From contig JALAGF010004053.1 of the NCBI GenBank assembly GCA_030167865.1, forward strand, positions 1-37,953: a stretch of 37,953 nucleotides of DNA, in the 5' to 3' direction. The stretch is from Craspedostauros australis. Its lineage: Eukaryota. The notes beneath the pieces were generated by a model, which worked only from the letters and a program-made list of their open reading frames with translations, was not told the DNA's origin and did no database searches. The position numbers and the translations under genes were made by a program. Shown one piece after another: positions 1 through 11,065 of this stretch. Each line of letters begins with the position of its first letter. The stretch's first letter is position 1.

Positions 1-460
1 TTTGGATGGTCGAACAAGTGGACAATGTGATGAACGAGGATGTGAGAATGAGGGAGAACGAGAACGAAGGCTGCTGTTGCCGAGCGTGGTGGTGAAGTGG
101 AGTGGCATGGCATGCCTTTGCCACATTGTGACATCGACGAACCACCCATGAGAACAGTTCGCAGGTAGAGCACAGGACGATCCCAAGAGTGTGTAGGTGC
201 CTGGCAAGCTGGGCCCAGAAACGACTCTTCATGCCAGTCACAACGGCGCGTGGGCACCTGCCGCCTTGTGCCATGGTGTTGTTATGGCCATGATGCACAC
301 AAATGAACGTACCGTTGACTTCGTTCTGTTTCGGTTTTCGATCAGTTGGTGGTGTGTTTCGGGATGGCCTTGGGTTTGTTTTGCTTGGAGTTAGGTGTTG
401 TACAATAAGTTGTCGCTGCTGTTGCTGTTGCTGTTGCTGTTGTTATTGTGAGACAGTTGT
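1..460 (-). other. Possible non-coding first exon and intron of a minus-strand gene whose CDS lies left of the window
   Basis: On the minus strand a CAA/CAG-rich leader (about 460-313) ends at a G|GTACGT donor (312-307), the same hexamer as the SAHH donor. The sequence towards position 1 becomes pyrimidine-rich with a CTCAC branch-like word. Inference only. Confidence 0.35.
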
Positions 461-2154
461 TTTTATGAGATACGAAAAGGGATCCAACATCATCCGAAGT
501 GAGTATGGATGCTTTCATGCGGAGAAGTATGTTCCGGTACATGGGAAGAGGACGATGGCTCTGCACAACACGCCCTTGATAGACACCATGCCTCTCCTCC
601 ACGTTGGTTGCTGAGAGGCAGCGATCTTCGGTGGTCCTTGAGGGTTCTCCGAGCATACGGTGGCGTGGTTCAATTGCGTGCAGTGTCATTGTGAACAACA
701 AAAACGGGAACAATCACAATAAATCTGACCACCGTCTTCTCCTCTCCAGGACCACGAAAAACGCATACCGTCTCCAAGGGCCACCCAACAGAACACGTTC
801 TTGGTGTTCCACTCCATACACAGTTCGGGCGCCGATACTGCACATAACATGAAAGGAGAAGAGGAGACTCACGACGCAGCTCGATACCATCACGGAGTCC
901 GAAGCAGAACGAAAAGGATCTCTCCGATGAAACACGTCTGCAAATCGTCGTTTATCATGCTCATACTCGTGGCCAACGTATACAACCATGAATGGTGAAC
1001 CACGCTACTCACTCTCTTCTGCAATGCATGTGTCCGTATCTCAAGAGCAAGAGCAAGAGCAAGAATGATACGAGTGGCAAACAGTGGAAGGCGGTGCCAG
1101 GTGTTTCCTCGTAAAAAGGAGTACGACTGTTCCACCAACGCAGGATCCTTGTCTCGTAGTCGTACTCGTGCAATAGACACTCAGACTGCTTATTCTTCTT
1201 CGATTGGGGTGATCCTTCATCGTGCTCACTTCACGAATGACGAAGAAGAAACACAGCCAATCATCGTCGCCACATACTCGTACACGCGTGCGAGTACTCG
1301 AGACATGTTCGTACCTACTCTAAGCATCGTGACAATAAATCACCGGTTACTACGGTCTCAGACATCTCTTGACAAGACAGGGAGAAGTACCTATGCCCCT
1401 GCTCTCGTGGGCGAAACGATCGAGCGCTTTGCGCATCATTCCTGGATGTACATGACTTCCTTTGGCCGTCTTCTCTGTTTGGATGTGACCGATGAAAAGA
1501 TTTGGATCCATCCGGGGAGAAGAATGTGTTGAGAAGAACACGATCTACGAGGATTCTCAACTGGATGATCGCATGGTGCATTGTGTGTACATGATCAAGA
1601 TCTACCATGATCCGTGCCTTTTCGCAGCAGCACAGCGGAGTGCACATGTATAACGTGAAGCAAACAACGAAATCGAAATATCGGCAATCATGTTTCTTCC
1701 TCATGTCCAAGTGGTCCTCGAGGGTGTCCCATTTGAAGCAAGACAATTGGAGTGTAAAACACAACACTCGAATTTGAGTCGGGAATATTGAACGACTTTG
1801 ATTGGTTCACTCTATCTCGTGATCTGACTGGCCACAACCAACACAACAACACGACGCCGTGCGCACAACGCGCAATGCGCAGAAAGCGGAACAAACAACA
1901 CCAAAGACGACTGAATCCTTCCCCTCGCAACAACAACCGATGTGACACCGCACTCATGGACACGAACCACCTGGCACACTCAGGAGCCGCGCTGAAGTCT
2001 ACCACACGCAGACAACACAAGCCTGGTTGGCAGAAAGCAGAGCTTCACAGGACGCCGTGAACCGACTCGTACTCCGGCGCAACTGCGAACTGTGCATGCC
2101 ACTGCTACGAGTATCACTCACTCCAATACGGAACACCCAACACCAAGGTGAAGC

Positions 2155-4079
2155 ATGTCGCTGTCCAAGATCATTGACAGATGCCAGTTCAAGCCGGCTG
2201 TACAGCACGGGCAAGTCCGGACACAGGTCAGGACAAATGACGCTCAGGATGATGGCGACAACGACGATGGCACGTACTCCATCACCTCTTTCTTCCTGGA
2301 TTCGTCGGGAAGATCAAGCTTCTCGGTGCCCCTCGAGATGGTATTTGAGAGTGCTGTGGACATGGAGGGCTTTCTGGACCATGTGAAGATCGGAAAAGCC
2401 TCGGGCCAGTTCGAAACTGATGCCAATGCGCTCAACGGAGCGACCGAGGATGAGCGGACCCATTACTTCGCGCTGGAATTGAAGAAGACTACGTCAGAAA
2501 CGGATGCTATCGACACGTTCTCGGTGGAGTCTGTCCAGCTGGCTGCATTCAAGAAGTATGACAAGAAGTTTGTAATCAAAGCTGATGTCGTGGTGAGAGC
2601 ATTGGCAAGTACCGATGTCAGCGAATCGAATGCTGTCGAAGCATCCGAATCGAACGCCAAAGCACCACCATCGTGGAACAGCGCAAAGTCAGATGTTAGC
2701 GCCGACATTGAATTCCTTGGAGTAGTCAAGCCGCTGTCACGCGATCTCCACGACCACGGAGACAGCCATACCTCCAATGCCATCAACCTTCAAAGCCTCG
2801 AATTGGGAGCATTGCCCGGCCATTTCCAAGGCCAATGGAACCGCCGAAGGCTCCGGCAGGAGTACAAGTTGCCACCGATCACGGTGACAACTACTCTTGT
2901 GCCCGCATTTTACGTCGACGCGTCCAGCATGCGCGGACAATCGAATGGCGAGACGCTCGTGTCACTCGTGATCCGACATTCCAACTCCCATGACGAAGCT
3001 GTGGCGATTTCGAACATCGCCATCCATGCTGGCCATTCTGTTGGAAGAGCAATCCGCAATAGTGAGAACAAGGATTCAGGATCCGACTCGCAATTCTCGT
3101 CAGGTAAGTCTGAGGAAACGTGTTTGTGACCAACCCGCGCAACGCTGAAAACTCTGAATAGGAACGTCGATGAATCGATGGATGGATGGATGGATGGATG
3201 GATGGATGGATGGATGGATGATTGAATGCAAGAATCAATGAATGTGCCTGACACTTGCATGTGCTCATTCGCATTGAAAATTGGATGACTCTCCTCTGCG
3301 CCAATCGGCTCTCGACCTTCGCTTGACCAACATCGACAGTCAACATGACCAAATGCCTCCAATGGCACTTTGTGAAAATGACAGAACTTGATCTACCATT
3401 GACGCTGCGCACCAACGATGTGTATTCCACAGTCATCGCCGTTTCCGGTTCCGAAAAGATGAGAATGAGAGAGCTGGTATCTCCACTTTCCGTCACGGCG
3501 ACACTGGATCGCGACACGGATTCCATGGACGAAGTCTTCGTCCCAAGCAACAACAAAATCGTGGCCGCGTCGGAAATTCGTTGGCGGACAGACCTGGTTG
3601 CGGTGGAACCAGCAGACGCGTTCAAAATCACCATGAACATCGATCAGTCAGAATGCTTTCTTGGCGAGCCGGCGACTGTACGGCTGCGAATCTTCAACCT
3701 CAACGTCGAATCCAGAACGTTGATGCTGTTAGTCGCGAAGGAAGATATGAAACGCAAGAGCACAGGCAAGCACGAGGAGGTGAATACGGCGCTGGTATCG
3801 GATATTGGAGGGTACACCTTCGGTCTCTGGGGGGTGTCCCCGGCCGACGATGGCACGGTGAAGCTCAACAGAGACAACGACATGCTCGCGATGGATGCTG
3901 CGCTTATTCTCGGGGAGGTGAACGGCCAGCACGCAGTCGATGCACAGCTTCGCTTCATCCCACTCCGCGAAGGCTTTCTGAAGGTTCCCAACTGGAGGCT
4001 GTACGACAAATCAGCTGGCAAATGGTACAGCTGTTCGCACCAGTTGGGAATCGTTGGCAAATGGAACCCGGTCGAGTAA
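2155..4079 (+). CDS. Putative TRAPP II complex subunit, Trs65/TRAPPC14-like (562 aa, 2 exons)
   Basis: Exons 2155-3103 and 3340-4079. The GTAAGT...ACAG intron 3104-3339 joins the 324-aa and 244-aa ORFs in frame (G|TC = Val). The C-terminal beta-rich segment 'LILGEVNGQHAVDAQLRFIPLREGFLKVPNWRLYD' resembles the Trs65/TRAPPC13/14 Ig-like C-terminus. The family call is by eye. Confidence 0.6.
3177..3220. repeat. (GATG)11 microsatellite inside the intron of the TRAPP-like gene
   Basis: Perfect tetranucleotide run read directly from the sequence. Confidence 0.95.
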
Positions 4080-4573
4080 CTAGTGTCGGATGACGCAGGT
4101 GAGCGCATTTCATTGTTTTACCATCACACTACTCGTATTAGCGAAAGCTACTCATCCTCATACCTCCATGTGCTGCTACTTTCTCCAGTGCATTCTCGGC
4201 AGCACGCAGCAGCTCAACATGCTTGTACGTACGGATACAGATACGGGCAATCACATCATGCATGCCAGTACTCCAGAGAGAGGACGAGTGATTGTCTGCA
4301 GACTCGTACATAGAGTAACCTGGCGACTACAGGCTGTAGACTAGTCTCATGAAACAAGTCTGGGAGTAGCGGCATTCATATATTAGTCGTAATTCAGAAG
4401 ACAAACCAAAGAGCGGAAATTTGCTCGCGGGCGGTGCCGCGACGTGAATCGCACGACAAGATCCGTCCAGGACATCAAGGGTCCACTCATGCCATGTTCA
4501 CACAACACATTGCATGACCTTGTCTCCGCATGCAGATGCCATCGTCGTCATCATCGTCATCATCATTAGCGCC

Positions 4574-5433
4574 ATGGCGAATGTGAAATATATTGACTAC
4601 GAGGATGAATCGCAATTGGAGAATGCCATGAGCATGGTGACGGAGGATTTGTCCGAGCCGTACTCGAGTAAGTCCAGCGAGGGAGAGAGGAGTTGCTGTC
4701 GAGCCCAACAAAGCGAAGAGAAAGCAGACGAACGCAAGAACGAGAAGCAGTGCATGAAAGGTGAAGCAACCTCTTCCCTCGTCCCTGTTGCCGTTGCGAG
4801 TGCTGCTTCTGCCGCAATTGTTAAGTTGAGTTGAGTTGAATGGAGCGAGGAAGGATTCTGGTGTGGAGTGCCGTTTTCTCGTTACTTCTTCCTTGTGTTC
4901 TGGACCACATACTCGTATACCACAAATACTCACGACTGCTTCATCTCTTTGGTGTGAACACTGTACTCGCCAATCACCACACCACAACACGCCGATGATG
5001 CATCCTCCCTGCCGCAGTCTTCACGTACAGATATTTCCTGCATCGTTTCCCAGAGCTGTGCATCCTCGCAATTCCGGAGGGCAGCGACACTCCCATCGGC
5101 TGTGTGGTTGGCAAGATCGACATGGAGGATGGAGGAGGAGGAGGAGGAGGCGGCTGCGGAGGAGAAGATCAGCAAAAGATGAAGACGGGTTACATCGGAA
5201 TGCTGGCAGTGAAAGCGTCGCATCGGAGACATGGAATTGGAAAGGAACTGGTGCGGCAGGTGCTGCAGCGTATGAAGCAGTTAGGCTGCACGTCCGCGAC
5301 GTTGGAAACGGAAAAGTCGAATGCCGCTGCCCTGCGGCTGTACCAAGAATCGTTTGGCTTCATCCGGGAGGAGCTCCTGGTGCGCTACTATCTGAACTGG
5401 GGAGATGCCTACAGGCTTCGATTATGGTTCTGA
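4574..5433 (+). CDS. NAA30: N-alpha-acetyltransferase 30 (NatC catalytic subunit, GNAT fold; 169 aa, 2 exons)
   Basis: Exons 4574-4667 and 5018-5433, intron 4668-5017 (GTAAGT...GCAG). Splicing restores the diagnostic 'DLSEPYSIFTYRYFL'. Also present: 'GYIGMLAV...RRHGIG', 'LETE..N.AALRLY..FGF' and the C-terminal 'RYYLNWGDAYRLRLW'. Confidence 0.95.
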
Positions 5434-6256
5434 TTTCAATACCGACATGCATTGTGCGAGGATGCCAACATGCGTTCTGTGGTACCATGCCGCTCACCAC
5501 GCGACTACTTGTCCTACCATACTCTATGTGTATTGCTCGTAGTCTCGAAGCACAAGTACGCTGGTGCAGCTACGACAGAAGGTAGACTCATCATTCGAGT
5601 AGAAGATCGACACAACGAGGAATCTGGTGGTCGCAGTATCAAACATCGGTATCGCGCTGTTGGCGGTTTCGGAAGGCGGCGAAAGCGCCTGGACCGTATC
5701 GATGTACCATACAAGTATGAACACAGCATACGCACCATAAACTACTCATAGTAGCGATGGTACTCAACGAATAGAGTGCTTGAGGATCTCTCAACTCCCC
5801 ATGGTGGAAATATGCACGGGCATGGTAACGAATTAATTCTACTCCAGTGAGTTTTGCTCTCGTTCTTGAGTGCGTGGATTCGCTGTGGCAGTATCGTCTT
5901 CGTGGAAGCGGAGATTGGAACAGAATCTACGGCTGCCATAATCCTCGCTGTACTCCTCTTCAGATAGACGATATGGTTGCTGCTGTTGCTGCTGCTCTGC
6001 TCCCTAACGATGATGGTGTTGATGAGGATGATGCCAACGCTAGATGCCAACGCTAACGTTGAAGCTGATTGGCCTGGCAGAGAACGATTTGTTCACTGCG
6101 GTCCAATCAGCACTCTCGTTGGAACCAACGCTTGCATCAAGCTCAGCGGGCCGCACGCTATTCTCTCGCATGCATTGCTGATCAATGACCAAACGCCCCT
6201 GTGGTGATGGAAACTGATTTGTTCTAAGAGCCGCTCCAGCGAGCGATGGTGCTTGT

Positions 6257-7342
6257 TTATTTTTTGCGAGCAAGGTACTTGCGGCGTATTTGGTAAAACA
6301 AAACGCTGAACACCAATGCCGCTCCTGTCAAGGCATTCGAGGAGATCGTGTGGCCGAACACGACAGCCGAGATGCATATCGAAATCATCTGACGAGTGGT
6401 CATGATGATGGTGAAGACGATTGGACCGAATTCCTTGATGGTGTAGAAGATGCAGAGCTGCCCCGACGCCGACGTGATGGCGGTGATGATGTTGTACCGC
6501 AGAGCCAGAGGGTTGGCTTGAAGGAATTCCCATACGATCGGGAAGTCCCCAGAGACGATGAGGCCAGCCGTGGTCATGCAGATGGCGGAGATGTTGACAC
6601 CGAGCATCATCTGGTACGGGTCGACATTTGGACGCCCGTACTTGACGTAGACCTTGTTCTGCCACTGAGATGTGAATGAATCGAAGCATATGTACATGAG
6701 GAGGAACACGAGACCGAGAAGTTGCGTCTCGTTTTCCTTGTCCGACGTCTTGCTGGCCAACGAGAAGATGGCCACCCCGAACGTGATCAGCAAGGCCTCG
6801 CCGTACTGTTCTGGCGGGTACTCAGTCCCCTGGAGGAATCTGCCCATCATCATGACCGGGATGATCTTTGAGCTTTTGAAGACGGTTTGCATGGGGAATG
6901 ACACGTACTGGAGGGAGGCATACTGACTCCAGCTGCTCATCGTGTTGCTGAGGGCGCACGGGGTGAAGGCAAGCAAGGGTGCCTTGTTATTGGCAAAGAC
7001 AGCACCGTGCTTGATGCGAACCGCAATGATCGCCACGATGACAGCAAGGAATCTGTTGCTGAAGACGCAGAATGCTGCTGACGGAAACTTCCCGCTGACG
7101 ACACGTTTCGTGGGTTCGAACTGTGTTGTCATGATGAGCTCCTGCATGTACCCCCATGTCAAGTAGGATGCCTGCAAACCGCAAAAGCAAAAAAAGAATT
7201 TGACAGCGGTTGCCATGAAATCAGGATTGTCGGATTTGGGTGCAGCTGTCACGGCATTCTCGCCGGAAGACGGGAGCTCGTTTCCCAATGGAACATCCGC
7301 CGACGAAGTCCGTTTCTTGTTGGTTGGCGAGGCCATCCTCAT
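6257..7342 (-). CDS. PAPS transporter 1-like / UAA-family nucleotide-sugar transporter (SLC35B2-like)
   Basis: Intronless multi-TM ORF with 'YLTWGYMQE', 'CALSNTMSSWSQYASLQYVSFPMQTVFKSSKIIPVMMMG', 'FDSFTSQWQ' and 'GQLCIFYTIKEFGPIVFTIIMTTRQ', typical of SLC35B2/PAPST1. The start at 7342 (or 7336) is inferred. Confidence 0.88.
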   Translation of the reverse strand: MRMASPTNKKRTSSADVPLGNELPSSGENAVTAAPKSDNPDFMATAVKFFFCFCGLQASYLTWGYMQELIMTTQFEPTKRVVSGKFPSAAFCVFSNRFLAVIVAIIAVRIKHGAVFANNKAPLLAFTPCALSNTMSSWSQYASLQYVSFPMQTVFKSSKIIPVMMMGRFLQGTEYPPEQYGEALLITFGVAIFSLASKTSDKENETQLLGLVFLLMYICFDSFTSQWQNKVYVKYGRPNVDPYQMMLGVNISAICMTTAGLIVSGDFPIVWEFLQANPLALRYNIITAITSASGQLCIFYTIKEFGPIVFTIIMTTRQMISICISAVVFGHTISSNALTGAALVFSVLFYQIRRKYLARKK

Positions 7343-8467
7343 GGACCGAAAGTCTCTGCTCGAGGATCGGTGTGTGGTCGTGACGTAAGGCGGTGAGAAC
7401 ATGAGCAACTAAGAGGTGAGAGAAGTGGGAACAAAACCGTGGTGATGACAACGATGGTGATGAAGATCACGATGACGAGCGAGAAATGGTTCGATTTGGA
7501 GGCATTGGCACTGCAATACTCGTACACAGTGCCTGCAACTGACACATGCTGTGACGGAACTCACGGTGGCGTGGAAGACGCTGCGATTGATGCCGTTGTC
7601 GCACTGCCGTCGTTGTGCAGATGGCCGTCCTTGTGCGGAGTGGTGCCTTGTCGCGTCCCCCCAACGTGATCCGTCTCTGCGCCCTTGCGATGCCTGACCA
7701 TCAAAACAATGGTGTCTACCTGTCTACCTGTCTATCTGTGTACGTGTCTGTGTGTCTGCCTGTCTGTGTTGCTGTCGCTCTCCAGGGTCTTCCTGTTGAT
7801 CTTCGCACAGGCGCTGCAGTTGTGGCTACAGTTGTCGACGCTTCTGTTGGTGGTGATAGTATGAGTATGCGCTTTGCCGTTTGTTTCGAAATAGGAAGGC
7901 AAAGAGGAAGATGGGGGTGGACATGGGCGTTGTGGTATGGTACTACCACTCAACCGTTGATTCCGTTGATTCTGTTGATCGTAGCTGCTTTCTTTCGGTG
8001 TTGTTGAGTGTCTCTTCGGTATCCTCGATGATCTTGGAGTCACAAATTGCGTCCCTTCTTGTGATGCGTCTTCGGCGCAACCCTTTCTTCCTTTGTGACT
8101 GATTGGTTTCGAGTTGTGACCGTTTTGTCGCGCGAGCTCCCAGCGTGTTGACCTCTTGAGTCGACCAAGTCAAATCGAAACACTTTTTTGGCGCGAAAGC
8201 TGAACCAACGAAACCAAACAACAACATGTTGCGTTCGACCAACATGGGAAGGAGAAACACGCGATGGACAGCCATCAGTGCGACGGCGATGACGCACAAC
8301 AAAGCCCCAGACAGGACTGTTATCCACAAGTACCCGTTCTCATACTTGTACCATAGTCGTACATAATCGAAGGATCCTGTTCTGGAACATACTCGTCCAT
8401 TCCTTCCCGTAAAATACTGTGAAATCCGCACAACGGCACAACGGCACGTCTCCACACCATCGACACG

Positions 8468-9898
8468 ATGAGACCATCCAATGACAAAGAAGACTCAGCC
8501 ATGTCAGGCGCGAAGAGAAATCCCTCGACCTCATCGGCCACACCGCCTGGTGCCGATGACGCTGCGACTGTCCCGTCGCTTCCCGTCGACAGCAAGCTCC
8601 CGTTGGAATCCTTGAAGGATCCACGTGAGAATGCTTCTGCCAAGGTTGCCAAACCGAGGAAGAAGGCGGGCCGAAACACGGAGAGCTTCGATCCAGCATC
8701 CACCCTTGTGAGACCCGACATCCGCGTCAGGGTCAGTCTTCCGACCGCGAAGGGTTTCAACGCTCCTCTCAAGCATGACGACGTCGTCATCGTCCCGCAG
8801 CTCTTCGGCGATGAGGAGGATTGGTCCGTGTACTACAAGCTCGTCGAGGAAATGACGCAGCTGCAAAAGGACAACGTTCACGGCAGCGACTGGATCTCTT
8901 GGCATGAGGGTGCTCATCTCATTGCCAAGAATCCCAAGGGCTCCAAGACATTCAACGAAGTTATTGACAAGCTGTGCGCATACTTCAACATCCGCAAAAC
9001 CTCCGTCGGCACCCGATTCAACTGGTACAAGAATGGGCATGACTGGAAGCCTTTCCATCATGATTCAGCGTGAGTACTATTCTATTGTTGCGTGTGTTGG
9101 CATTGGCGTGTATGGATGCCACTATTTCGTGCATGCACACTGGCATTGTGTGACGATGGAGCAATTCTTTCGATGGTGGCGAAAGCCTTCGCTCTTGCGT
9201 TTGCGCATTTCCCAATCAATCTTGGCGTGTTCTGTACCAATATGAGTATGTACGTGTGTCACCGTCGCGCTTCAGCATCGCTAACGACTTCTTACTCGTA
9301 CCACATTCAACGACGTATCTGCCCCTTGCCAATGTTCAGCGCGTTCAACCCTGACCGAGCCAAGAACCAAAATATTACCGTCGGTGTGTCGTTTGGGACG
9401 ACGAGAGAATTGGCCTTCCTGAATGCTACGGATACCTCCAAGTCGGCCAACCCATGCCGTCTCTACTTCCCTCAAACCAACAACGGGGTCTTCACATTTG
9501 GCCGTGATGTTAACATTCGATGGAAGCACGGCATCAATGCTCTGCCGGAGGAGGAGAGAACAGAAAAGGGCCGCATCTCCATCATCCTGTGGGGGCTCGC
9601 ACAGGACGTCATCGAAGAGGAAGGCTCGCCACCCATGCTTGGGGCTGATGGCAAGGGTCCCCATGCTGCCCAAAGCTGGAAAAAGAATGGCGCCAGACGC
9701 GGCAACATCAACAACAACACAAGTGGGAATGGAAATGGTGGAGGGCGTGGTCGGAATAGAAACCGCAACCGAAATGGTAAGGGAAACGCAAACAAAGCCA
9801 ACACCGACGCTTCCAATTCAAAGAATGCCAAACAGCGAAATGGCGCAAAGAACTCGGATCACCAACAGCAGAAGCAGCAACAACAACAACGGGAATAA
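8468..9898 (+). CDS. AlkB-like 2-oxoglutarate/Fe(II)-dependent oxygenase (386 aa, 2 exons)
   Basis: Exons 8468-9069 and 9340-9898, intron 9070-9339 (GTGAGT...TCAG) giving 'NWY...KPFHHDSAAFN'. 'VGVSFGTTRELAF', 'WKHGI' and 'GRISIILWG' supply the HxD...H...R facial triad and 2OG-binding Arg. Confidence 0.8.
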
Positions 9899-10933
9899 AC
9901 GAGAGTAATACGAGTAGCATCCATTGTATGTATCTTGTGTGTATCTGTATGAATTTGAAGAAGCCACAGCAAGGACATTTGCAAGATCCAAAGCGATACA
10001 AACGATGTAGAGTGGAGTGGAGTGGAGTAGAGTAGAGTAGGAAAAGCAGAACAAATTGCTCCACAATGTTCTTTTATATATTGCTGACACTCTCAATCTT
10101 TCTCTTACCATGAGGATGTCTCTCCGGAGTACTATGCTTACAACGGATTGACTCTGCGTAGCCTACGATCTGCTCCCCGCACGAACACCACGATCCATTC
10201 TCGTTCCTCTGCACCCACAAAAGCGTTCCCTTCATGAAGGGGTACTACTGTCTTAAATATAATCTCTACCGCAGCTCCTCTGCTCTTCGATCCAACAGAT
10301 GACGACAGCATCGTGTGGACGACACAAAGAGCGCGCAAAATGAGGGAAGCATCTCTCGGCACGTCCACCCACGACGCCCACGTCATACACAAGAATCGAA
10401 AAAGTGTGTTTCGGAGACTGGTTATGCTCAACTGCGATTCGCTGTCTGCATAAATGTGTAACGGCCGCTATAATTAATTGTTCTCCATCAGATGTCCACT
10501 GGGACATCGCATTTCGAACATGCGTGGAGCCATGCGCAACACAGGGCGCGATGATCATGTGTGGCTCGCAGAGAGTGCGTGTGTCTGCTGTCGGGATGTT
10601 GCTGCGTTCTGGTTTGTGGTTGGTTGTCGGCAGTTGGCGTGGGGTTGGTCACCATGACCAAGTCATGTGCGCGTTGCTAACAACAGACCGCGCCGTGCGC
10701 AGCCCACATCGCACGATCGTATCGCACGATCGTGGAGACGAACAGGAGTATCGCGGTACGAGTTTGAGTGGCTCGTTCGGACACGAGTGCCTGGAGCCTT
10801 GCAGGTTCCACGAGCTGCGAGTGCACCAGATGACATGGCGTAATACGAAGCGTTTCTCGCAGGAGCCTCGGTTTTTGGAAGAACAAAACACCAACGCCGA
10901 CACCCAAAAAGGGAACACACAACAGAAACAACA

Positions 10934-11065
10934 ATGCCCAAGACGTCCAATACTAACAACAACAGCGAGAACAGCAGGAACAACCACAGTAGCAGCAACA
11001 GCATCAACATCGACAACAAAAAAGGAAGAGGGAAACAAGAAGACGACGGTCTCGATTATCGATGA
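10934..11065 (+). promoter_or_regulatory. Candidate upstream ORF (43 codons, Asn/Ser-rich) whose TGA overlaps the HSF ATG
   Basis: ATG 10934 reads MPKTSNTNNNSENSRNNHSSSNSINIDNKKGRGKQEDDGLDYR* with TGA at 11063-11065 overlapping ATG 11062-11064. Translation and inclusion in the mRNA are not demonstrated. Confidence 0.4.

Noticed and set aside
849..1790. Same-frame ORFs 801-998 and 1065-1532 separated by one TGA; possible pseudogene or readthrough
   Set aside because: There is no recognisable domain, coding bias or consistent splice model. It could be a decayed gene but cannot be supported without a homology search.
10011..10040. Short simple repeats: (GAGTG/GAGTA)n here, (GCTGTT)n near 416-443, (TACG)n near 19092-19113
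   Set aside because: These are ordinary microsatellites in UTR or intergenic DNA. They are not telomeric arrays and need no further explanation.
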